A stretch of DNA of 31,135 bases from a virus. Positions 24,863 to 30,922 of the stretch are shown here, piece after piece. The position numbers and the translations under genes are program-made. The stretch covers positions 1-31,135 of the IMG/VR virus record IMGVR_UViG_3300025809_000005; one strand, 5' to 3'. A model generated the notes under the pieces. That model was not told the DNA's origin and did no database searches. It saw only the letters and a list, made by a program, of their open reading frames with translations. Numbering within the stretch: position 1 is the stretch's first letter; the number at the start of each line of letters is the position of its first letter.

Positions 24863-25125
24863 TTCTTTTTTGTGTTAAAGGTTTGGTCAAAACACTGTTC
24901 GTTATCGTAATAGTTTACCCAAAAATCTCTGTTTTGACCTATTGATTGAAACTCACACATAACTTCTTTTTCTTTCTCAAGCATTGATTCTGCTATTTCT
25001 AAATAAAATTGAGACATTCTAATAGCTATCAAGCCACCGTTAGAAGGGTGTGTATTATAGTGCAAAGTATCTTCTTTGAGTTTTTCTTTCATAAACTCAA
25101 TCATTTCTTGCATTGGTGTTTTCAT
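24859..25125 (-). CDS. Hypothetical protein
   Basis: 88 aa in the early block. Confidence 0.5.
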   Translation of the reverse strand: MKTPMQEMIEFMKEKLKEDTLHYNTHPSNGGLIAIRMSQFYLEIAESMLEKEKEVMCEFQSIGQNRDFWVNYYDNEQCFDQTFNTKKK

Positions 25126-25137
25126 TTTTCTTTGGTG

Positions 25138-25449
25138 TTATAATCCTAAACTTTTTTTGGTTTCTAGTATCTTAATCTGTTTCTCTAGTTCCTCTATTCT
25201 CTCATCAGCTTTCCTTGCTCTTTCTACTGCTCTAATTTTGTCAGCTATTGACTCAGAGACAATCCTATCAAAAGAAAACCTTTCATCTTCTAGTGCTTGG
25301 ATATATCTTAATTGCCTAAATAAAGCGTCATTAAATACTTTTAATTCTTTGGAGTCAGATTTCTTTGTCCACTTTAAAATAAGTGATAAGAGCATCTCCA
25401 TATCTGCATTGTTCTGCAATTCCAATAAATTTCTGTCTACTTTATACAT
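25138..25449 (-). CDS. Coiled-coil hypothetical protein
   Basis: 103 aa. AAGACAGACA leader directly before the ATG. Antisense ORF 25076..25480 is a shadow. Confidence 0.55.
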   Translation of the reverse strand: MYKVDRNLLELQNNADMEMLLSLILKWTKKSDSKELKVFNDALFRQLRYIQALEDERFSFDRIVSESIADKIRAVERARKADERIEELEKQIKILETKKSLGL

Positions 25450-25513
25450 TGTCTGTCTTAATTACAAAGTAAAGATATAAAATTTATTTAATAATATTTA
25501 AACTTTATCAAAT
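25450..25513 (-). promoter_or_regulatory. Early/middle-class promoter-leader module E3
   Basis: Minus strand: TAAATTTGATAAAG...TTATTAAATAAATTTTATATCTTTACTTTGTAATTAAGACAGACA-ATG. TAAATTTG fits TAnnTTTG. Confidence 0.4.
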
Positions 25514-25756
25514 TTATTTAGTAATATTTTGTGTCCACCTTCTGTTTTCAGTTTCTATTTGTTCTTTTACGTAAGCTATTTCTCTTTCGATATAATCTTT
25601 TGCTTTATATAGATCCTGAAGTTCGTCATCTTTTTTACCGGCTCTCACTATGTATTTAACTACATTGCCTCTATTAAAATTTAACTTGTAATGATTACAA
25701 ACGTCTATAATATCATAATCGCCTGTAGCTTCGTAATGGATTGCGTTACCTCTCAT
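25514..25756 (-). CDS. DUF3310-like phage protein
   Basis: 80 aa. FNRGNVVKYIVRAGKKDDELQDLYKAKDYIEREI matches the NviKYl.Rag.K...eDL.KA..Yl pattern of that family. Confidence 0.45.
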   Translation of the reverse strand: MRGNAIHYEATGDYDIIDVCNHYKLNFNRGNVVKYIVRAGKKDDELQDLYKAKDYIEREIAYVKEQIETENRRWTQNITK

Positions 25757-26162
25757 TGTAATTAATTAATGCTGCTTGATCTTCTTTTAATAAATAAACT
25801 AACTTGTTTTTTCTGTTCTTTGTCCACAAAGTAGTGTCAGGACAATACATCTCAACAGGTTCCCCCATATCAATATCATTAAGCCAAAACATATAATTCG
25901 CTTTTGGATCATTTACAAAATATAGTTTTACCATATCTTCAGGCATTTCCATTAGCTTGTCATATTTCAGCTTTTCTAGCATCTTAGTATCGTAATGCTT
26001 TTTCCTGAATTTCATTTCAATTACGCAAGGATGTCCTTTCGGTGTTTCCCCTACTGCGTCATAGTGTTCAAATCCACCTCCGCACCAATCTAAATCCCAC
26101 CCATCTAAATTTAATATTGTTATAACGGCTTTTTCTAATTGGTGTACTTTATCTATATTCAT
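25746..26162 (-). CDS. PD-(D/E)XK nuclease-fold candidate
   Basis: 138 aa. HYDAVGETPKGHPCVIEMKFRK gives a D...(E)xK arrangement. Confidence 0.35.
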   Translation of the reverse strand: MNIDKVHQLEKAVITILNLDGWDLDWCGGGFEHYDAVGETPKGHPCVIEMKFRKKHYDTKMLEKLKYDKLMEMPEDMVKLYFVNDPKANYMFWLNDIDMGEPVEMYCPDTTLWTKNRKNKLVYLLKEDQAALINYNER

Positions 26163-26163
26163 T

Positions 26164-26361
26164 TTACTGTTTTAGGAATAATTCATTTAACTGACTTATC
26201 CATCTCTTAATTTCCTTCGGATTACAGGTACACGGTTTATAATAACGGTGTTTGAAATACTCTGCGTGTAATTTACATATCAATTCAAATTCTTCAGGAC
26301 TTAACGTGTTGCTAGACGTTTCTCTGAATTTTTCCCACATTAAATAATCTACTTTATTCAT
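26164..26361 (-). CDS. Hypothetical protein
   Basis: 65 aa, 1 nt from the next gene. Confidence 0.5.
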   Translation of the reverse strand: MNKVDYLMWEKFRETSSNTLSPEEFELICKLHAEYFKHRYYKPCTCNPKEIKRWISQLNELFLKQ

Positions 26362-26510
26362 TTTCTACTTATGGTTATTTTGTTTAATTTTTCTTTACGT
26401 TCTTCACAGCCACAAGATTTGTAACCTAGCAAATCGATTACTATCTTTTTAGTAAGCCATTTTATCCCCGTCCAAGTCGTAATTTTCTCTATAATATTTC
26501 CTAATTTCAT
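26358..26510 (-). CDS. Small ORF b (50 aa), not in the track
   Basis: Hand translation: MKLGNIIEKITTWTGIKWLTKKIVIDLLGYKSCGCEERKEKLNKITISRK. ATGA overlap with the downstream gene. Overlaps ORF a in another frame. Confidence 0.4.
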   Translation of the reverse strand: MKLGNIIEKITTWTGIKWLTKKIVIDLLGYKSCGCEERKEKLNKITISRK

Positions 26511-26604
26511 TTTCTCCTTTGTTTCGTTTTGAATACTTTTTTTCGTTTAGTTTCCATCCGGTAATTGGATGCACTCCTTTTTGTATTAATTCTTTTAGTG
26601 TCAT
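26449..26604 (-). CDS. Small ORF a (51 aa), not in the track
   Basis: Hand translation: MTLKELIQKGVHPITGWKLNEKKYSKRNKGENEIRKYYRENYDLDGDKMAY. ATGA overlap with the sigma-factor stop. Confidence 0.35.
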   Translation of the reverse strand: MTLKELIQKGVHPITGWKLNEKKYSKRNKGENEIRKYYRENYDLDGDKMAY

Positions 26605-27095
26605 TTAATAATACTCTTTAAATGTTTCTTTACTTTCCTGTACGTATTGTACAAAGAATAATAACTGATCGTTGTTTTATCGCTGAGGTTTTGAAAACTC
26701 TCCCCGCTATCTATTAATTCAAATACTTTCCTGTCATACCAATATAAACTTTCTAACTCTTTGTTAAACTTCTCATATAGTTTGTCATAATCGACAATTA
26801 TTTCGGATCTATAGTCTGCTTTTAATTTCTCAGACAAATCCCCCCAAGATACTACGTCGTACAGACTTTCCTTTTTTTTTAGATCTAAAAATAAATTTCT
26901 TAAAGCTCTATAAACATAATAATAATTTATTTCAGTCTCATTGTACATTACATTGGTTCCTGCTTTGACTTGTTTGTCTAGCTTAATGTACATTTCCATT
27001 ACAATATCTTCTGCTGTATCGGGATTTACTCCAAACGATTCAACAATATCGCACCAATCTTTATGCTTTTTATAAAGTAATTCTAATACTTCCAT
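26601..27095 (-). CDS. ECF-like sigma-70 family factor
   Basis: 164 aa. Region-2-like AEDIVMEMYIKL ... YVYRALRNLFLDLKKKE. Region-4 HTH-like SFQNLSDKTTISYYSLYNTYRKVKKHLK. Confidence 0.55.
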   Translation of the reverse strand: MEVLELLYKKHKDWCDIVESFGVNPDTAEDIVMEMYIKLDKQVKAGTNVMYNETEINYYYVYRALRNLFLDLKKKESLYDVVSWGDLSEKLKADYRSEIIVDYDKLYEKFNKELESLYWYDRKVFELIDSGESFQNLSDKTTISYYSLYNTYRKVKKHLKSIIK

Positions 27096-27274
27096 ATTGT
27101 TATATGTAATCCAAACAACAAAAGCATTAAAGTTATTTGCTGATAATAATCTTCAGGTTCTACAGATTCTACATCCGGTTCTAAATTTGGATCATAGTAC
27201 AATATTCCTGCTGATAATCCATAAATGGGTATCAACTGTATATTGACACCGGTATTTCCAAAATCTAAGTTCAT
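27083..27274 (-). CDS. Small hydrophobic protein
   Basis: 63 aa with two hydrophobic stretches (IPIYGLSAGILYY; ITLMLLLFGLHITIW). Wedged between the helicase and sigma genes. Confidence 0.45.
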   Translation of the reverse strand: MNLDFGNTGVNIQLIPIYGLSAGILYYDPNLEPDVESVEPEDYYQQITLMLLLFGLHITIWKY

Positions 27275-28189
27275 TTAAAAAGGTAATTTTACTTGCTCTT
27301 TTGAAGCATATTGTATTAAATTTTTATGGTTTACTTCAAATCCAACGTTATTAATAATACTTCTTAATCTTATTGGATCTTCTAAACTTGTTGGTCTACC
27401 TCCTGTATCTATGTCTTTTACTTTTCTTACGTGAATATGTGAATACATCCAATCAGTAGGATGCTGTATATATCTATGTATTACAATAAAATCGTCAGCA
27501 CGATTGACAAATTTACCCCCGCCTTCTACATCTGACGCCATTGGTGGTATTGGATGTCCGGCATAGTGTTCAGTATTGCCGTGTTTTTTCCTTAACGCTT
27601 CAGTCGCTGCGTGAGTATTAAGCCATATACTAATATTATTCTTTTTGCAAAATATTCTCATTTCACTTGTTGCTTGATAATCGTATTCGTGTCCGCTTAA
27701 TCCCCTTAATACATCTTTGTCCTTCATTAAACTATTATACGGATCGATCATAAGTCCATCGTAATCCCAAGCATCCTTAACGTATTGGGCAAGTTCTAAG
27801 ACACGTTTATATGTATAAAGGTCGTTTGGATCTACAAATTTAAAATGATCGTTTATATAGCTTATTTTTGCGTTAAAATCATCTTCTTCAATCTTATTAA
27901 TTGGTTTGCCTTCTATAAATTCGACAAGTTTTCTAATTAATGAGTAAGGTTCGTTTTCTGAGCTAAATACAAGCCATCTAGTTTTATGTTTAATTGTGTA
28001 CAATAACATTAAATATAATATTACTGTTGTTTTTCCTACGTTAGCGTGTCCTAGAATAACATTAAAGTTCCCGTGCTTAAATCTGAAATGTTCGTCTATT
28101 TCTTTTATTCCTAATTTTAATCCTTCTTTTATTTGTCCGGATCTTACTTTCTTTAATTTGTTTAATTGATCTTCAAAATTTATAAGCAT
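27275..28189 (-). CDS. DnaB_C / RecA-fold replicative helicase-like ATPase
   Basis: 304 aa. Walker A (ILGHANVGKTTVIL), Walker B-like YDGLMIDPYN, and later WLNTHA. C-terminus ...EQVKLPF. Confidence 0.6.
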   Translation of the reverse strand: MLINFEDQLNKLKKVRSGQIKEGLKLGIKEIDEHFRFKHGNFNVILGHANVGKTTVILYLMLLYTIKHKTRWLVFSSENEPYSLIRKLVEFIEGKPINKIEEDDFNAKISYINDHFKFVDPNDLYTYKRVLELAQYVKDAWDYDGLMIDPYNSLMKDKDVLRGLSGHEYDYQATSEMRIFCKKNNISIWLNTHAATEALRKKHGNTEHYAGHPIPPMASDVEGGGKFVNRADDFIVIHRYIQHPTDWMYSHIHVRKVKDIDTGGRPTSLEDPIRLRSIINNVGFEVNHKNLIQYASKEQVKLPF

Positions 28190-28215
28190 TGTCTGTCTGT
28201 TTTAGTCTAAGGTAT

Positions 28216-28244
28216 AAAAAAAGGGGATAAGTTTCCCTACCCCC
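28216..28244 (-). terminator. Intrinsic terminator after the SSB-like gene
   Basis: Minus strand: GGGGGTAGG-GAAA-CTTATCCCC (9 bp with two G.U pairs and a GNRA loop) followed by T7. Confidence 0.7.
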
Positions 28245-28251
28245 TATATTT

Positions 28252-28605
28252 TTAAAATGGTAAATCGCTATCACGGTCAGGAGAATGATCTTGACTTGTA
28301 ACGGTTTCTGCTTTTGGCAATTCGTCTATTTTCTTTACTTGCCACGCATCTAAATTTGTGTAATACTTTCCGTTGTATTCACTACATCTGATATTAAATT
28401 CTACAGTAACAAGATCGCCTTCATTATTGTAGTTTACAAATTTATCAATATATTCTACTTTATCTGCTTTCTTAAATATTCCAAAAGTATAAAGGTTGTT
28501 GTATTGTTCTCCGGTATCGATTAAAAAATCAATTGCTTTTGCTCCGTCTCTAAGATTCTTAACTTCGTTAATTGTCTTAATTTTTCCACTTATTGAATAT
28601 CCCAT
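28252..28605 (-). CDS. OB-fold ssDNA-binding-like protein (DUF3127-like) with SSB-type acidic tail
   Basis: 117 aa. ISGKIKTINEV ... YNNLYTFGIFKK ... GDLVTVEFNIRCSEYNGKYYTNLDAWQV resembles the DUF3127 layout. C-terminus DRDSDLPF (compare E. coli SSB DDDIPF). Confidence 0.5.
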   Translation of the reverse strand: MGYSISGKIKTINEVKNLRDGAKAIDFLIDTGEQYNNLYTFGIFKKADKVEYIDKFVNYNNEGDLVTVEFNIRCSEYNGKYYTNLDAWQVKKIDELPKAETVTSQDHSPDRDSDLPF

Positions 28606-28608
28606 AAT

Positions 28609-29007
28609 TTAACTATAAATATATTGTACTATTTTTTCTGCAAATGATAAAACTTCTTCTTCACTTGCTTTAGTGTCTTTATAAAAATTAACAGCACTAG
28701 CAACGCTAGATTGTCTAATAATAAATTTTTGTACGTCGTCCGGTTTCTTCTGAAAATTCCCTTGCGGTTTAGCGGGTTGGAAATTATTAGGTCTTACTAA
28801 TTTAGCAGTATTATAAATACGTCCATCGTATTCCTTTTGCTCTGACGTGAATTGACATTCGTCCCCTACTTGGTGCTTAAATTCTCCAATAGCGTTAAAT
28901 TGATAAACATTTCCGTCTGCCATTGATACATTGTAGCGATTGAATGTTTTAGATCCGTTGCTCCACGATCCGTTGGGAGTAATTCCGGTAATCTTACCTG
29001 TTTTCAT
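28609..29007 (-). CDS. OB-fold-like paralog with helical C-terminal extension
   Basis: 132 aa. KTGKITGITPNGSW ... YNVSMADGNVYQFNAIG ... VGDECQF ... DGRIYNTAKLV mirrors the neighbouring OB-like gene. Confidence 0.4.
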   Translation of the reverse strand: MKTGKITGITPNGSWSNGSKTFNRYNVSMADGNVYQFNAIGEFKHQVGDECQFTSEQKEYDGRIYNTAKLVRPNNFQPAKPQGNFQKKPDDVQKFIIRQSSVASAVNFYKDTKASEEEVLSFAEKIVQYIYS

Positions 29008-29125
29008 TTTCTAATTGATTTTGATTGTTTAATATTTCTATTTGTGCTTCTAAAAATTCCACTCGTCTCTCTAATGCGTCTATTCGCATTTCGTGTAATC
29101 TTTTTAAATCGTCTGAATATGTCAT
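28994..29125 (-). CDS. Small coiled-coil ORF (43 aa), not in the track
   Basis: Hand translation: MTYSDDLKRLHEMRIDALERRVEFLEAQIEILNNQNQLENENR. TAATG overlap upstream. Overlaps the next ATG. Confidence 0.4.
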   Translation of the reverse strand: MTYSDDLKRLHEMRIDALERRVEFLEAQIEILNNQNQLENENR

Positions 29126-29265
29126 TATTCCAAACTTTTTAATTCCTTCCTAAAAATCTCAATTTGAAATTCTGCCTCATTAAGTTTCTTTTGGTGGTAA
29201 TCTTCTGTCCACTCAAGGTCTTTAATCTTAGCTTTTAATAATTCGATTTGCAAATTTTTGTCCAT
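29125..29265 (-). CDS. Small coiled-coil ORF (46 aa), not in the track
   Basis: Hand translation: MDKNLQIELLKAKIKDLEWTEDYHQKKLNEAEFQIEIFRKELKSLE. Preceded by the E4 module and an AAAGACAATAAA leader. Confidence 0.4.
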   Translation of the reverse strand: MDKNLQIELLKAKIKDLEWTEDYHQKKLNEAEFQIEIFRKELKSLE

Positions 29266-29330
29266 TTTATTGTCTTTAAATGATTAATATACCCAAAGAT
29301 AATAAAAATATTTAATAAAAAACAAAATGT
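29266..29330 (-). promoter_or_regulatory. Early/middle-class promoter-leader module E4 (best Bacteroidota-type promoter)
   Basis: Minus strand: TTTG(29326..29323)-N21-TATCTTTG(29301..29294), overlapping GGGTATATTAAT, then CATTTAAAGACAATAAA-ATG. Directly downstream of a terminator. Confidence 0.5.
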
Positions 29331-29363
29331 AAAAAAAAAAGGAGCATCTATAAAAGACACTCC
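29331..29363 (-). terminator. Intrinsic terminator
   Basis: Minus strand: GGAGTGTC-TTTTATA-GATGCTCC (8 bp with two G.U pairs) followed by T10. Confidence 0.75.
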
Positions 29364-29402
29364 CTTTCGGTATTAAAGACAAATTATTAAGACAGACTTT
29401 GT
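29331..29402 (-). ncRNA. Candidate ~70-nt sRNA / 3'UTR-derived RNA antisense to the AAGACAGACAA leaders
   Basis: Noncoding tract between the NinG-like stop and the terminator. A -10-like ATTATATTTACA is followed by AGTCTGTCTTAAT and TTTGTCTTTAA, the reverse complements of the leader motif upstream of six ATGs. It ends at hairpin+T10. Confidence 0.3.
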
Positions 29403-29444
29403 AAATATAATAATTACTGGCTATACTTCCATAAAAATATTAAA

Positions 29445-29828
29445 TTATTTTTTTAATTGATCTATTTTGTTTTTATACATTTCGATCATTTCCTGCAATT
29501 CCCAATTTGAGAACTTTTTAGTTTCTCTACTAAGTGCTAGTAATTCATCTGATAATTCTTGCCCTAAATATTTTGAGAATTTATACTGTTCTCCATAACG
29601 ATAAACATTACAAGCTATACATTGTACTTCTACATTACGTTCGTCCCACCTAGTCGAATAATGCTTACGGCTCATAAAATGTCCTGCCTGTAGATTTTTC
29701 CAATGATCCTTCTTACTACAAGTTACGCACTCAGCTACTTCATTTTTAGCTTTACGTCTTCTAATGTATTCAGAAAAAATTTTGTCTAGCTTATTAACTA
29801 ACGTCTTACGAGATGGTGCTTTTGCCAT
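29445..29828 (-). CDS. NinG/Rap-like recombination endonuclease
   Basis: 127 aa. FSEYIRRR ... CVTCSKK ... LQAGHFMSRKHYSTRWDERNVEVQCIACN matches the lambda NinG family Cys/His pattern. Confidence 0.6.
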   Translation of the reverse strand: MAKAPSRKTLVNKLDKIFSEYIRRRKAKNEVAECVTCSKKDHWKNLQAGHFMSRKHYSTRWDERNVEVQCIACNVYRYGEQYKFSKYLGQELSDELLALSRETKKFSNWELQEMIEMYKNKIDQLKK

Positions 29829-30055
29829 TAATAACCGTCTTGGTGCTGTAAAAGTAATTTACCGGTTGCTATATCTAAGTCTTTTATTGCTTTGTATATA
29901 ATTCTAGAATTTTTTTTTACTTCTTGCTTCTCAGCTTTTGTACTATCAGATCCTAGATTCGTGTACATTGTTGCGTCAATTTCTAGTAGCTCGTTAATTC
30001 TTTGTACTACTGTTTTTTGATAATCTTCTGCAATTCTTAAAATTTCTTCACGCAT
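29828..30055 (-). CDS. Hypothetical protein, first gene after the A/T-only tract
   Basis: 75 aa, helical. Stop/start overlap with the NinG-like gene. Confidence 0.5.
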   Translation of the reverse strand: MREEILRIAEDYQKTVVQRINELLEIDATMYTNLGSDSTKAEKQEVKKNSRIIYKAIKDLDIATGKLLLQHQDGY

Positions 30056-30143
30056 ATATTATATATATTATTATTTATTATATATTATTATATTATATTA
30101 TATATATTATAAAATAAATCTTTTTTTTAAAATTACAAAAAAA
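30054..30143. other. Near-pure A/T tract (TA/TTA microrepeats): candidate DUE/origin and late-to-early boundary
   Basis: 30054..30119 contains no G or C (atatattatatatattattatttattatatatt...). Only 3 G/C in the next 24 nt. Lies between the last lysis gene and the first early gene. Confidence 0.4.
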
Positions 30144-30581
30144 TTATCGATTTTCTTTTTTTGCACTACCGAAATAATATCCAAAGATACTTAATGCTAC
30201 TCCTTCTACTATCCCCAACAAATGTATGAAAATTTCTTTATTACTCTCAGGTACTTGAGTAGTTACTACAGTATAAACTAAAAAAGCAAAGGCTAATAAT
30301 CCAACAATACCGGTCGCATTAAACATCCAATCGGTTCCGTACTTTCTTAAACGTACTTCTCTACGTCTTGCAGAATCTCGATCGCTTACTTCTATCCTAT
30401 ATGCTTCTAAGGCTTCGTTTAATGCCTGTTCTTTTTCTTCCGGTGTAAGTGTATCGTCTCCATCTAAAACATCCTTTAAAATGCCTAATATGCCTTTTTC
30501 AGGTAATATTCCTGTCAGCTTTCCGACAATCTTACCTAGTTTAGTTTCTTTAAAGGGTTTTTTTTCCATTAGTACGTCCAA
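30144..30581 (-). CDS. Membrane protein, holin-like (soluble N-domain plus 2 C-terminal TM)
   Basis: 145 aa. A charged helical N-half (EVSDRDSARRREVRLRK), then TM helices GIVGLLAFAFLVYTVV and LLGIVEGVALSIFGYYF. Overlaps the endolysin gene by 13 nt. Confidence 0.45.
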   Translation of the reverse strand: MDVLMEKKPFKETKLGKIVGKLTGILPEKGILGILKDVLDGDDTLTPEEKEQALNEALEAYRIEVSDRDSARRREVRLRKYGTDWMFNATGIVGLLAFAFLVYTVVTTQVPESNKEIFIHLLGIVEGVALSIFGYYFGSAKKENR

Positions 30582-30922
30582 ATTACATTAGGTGCTTTAT
30601 CCGGATCATTGTCTACGTGAATAAAACTATCTGCTATTCCTATTCGATTTAATCCTACTTTCAATAAAGCAGCAATTATTTTATATCGATATACGCTATT
30701 GCTACAAGCTATATCTGCTGCGTGTCCGGTAATATGACTTGAATTTTCTACTCCCCCGACTTTGATATTCCACGCCTTTGATCTTAGCCCTGACGTAATT
30801 TTAAAAGGTACACCGGCAATAGATCTTGCTTGATCAATACGTGTCAGAAACTCCGGATCCATAGCTTCACCACTTCCCACCATATCAGGACTATCAAACT
30901 CAGAAAGTTTAAAATATTTCAT
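30569..30922 (-). CDS. Endolysin, peptidase M15 (VanY / L-Ala-D-Glu peptidase-like)
   Basis: 117 aa. FKLSEF ... PFKITSGLRSKAWNIKVGGVENSSHITGHAADI ... FIHVD gives the H-D-H zinc-ligand pattern of Peptidase_M15_3. Confidence 0.8.
   Translation of the reverse strand: MKYFKLSEFDSPDMVGSGEAMDPEFLTRIDQARSIAGVPFKITSGLRSKAWNIKVGGVENSSHITGHAADIACSNSVYRYKIIAALLKVGLNRIGIADSFIHVDNDPDKAPNVIWTY

Noticed and set aside
25076-25480. 134-aa plus-strand ORF, with similar plus-strand ORFs at 183..374, 3252..3564, 6434..6841, 7601..8002, 8112..8318, 8949..9340, 10213..10656, 17907..18134, 20266..20481 and 23341..23677
   Set aside because: All lie antisense to longer, motif-bearing minus-strand genes. They have low-complexity S/I/L/F-rich translations typical of shadow ORFs in AT-rich DNA, and they lack any promoter or leader motif. 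Every supported gene is on the minus strand.
26121-26128. A sixth CGTTATA box (plus-strand tataacgg)
   Set aside because: It lies inside the coding sequence of ORF 25746..26162. No ATACAAAAT element is found 13 nt upstream and no in-frame ATG follows. It is a chance occurrence.
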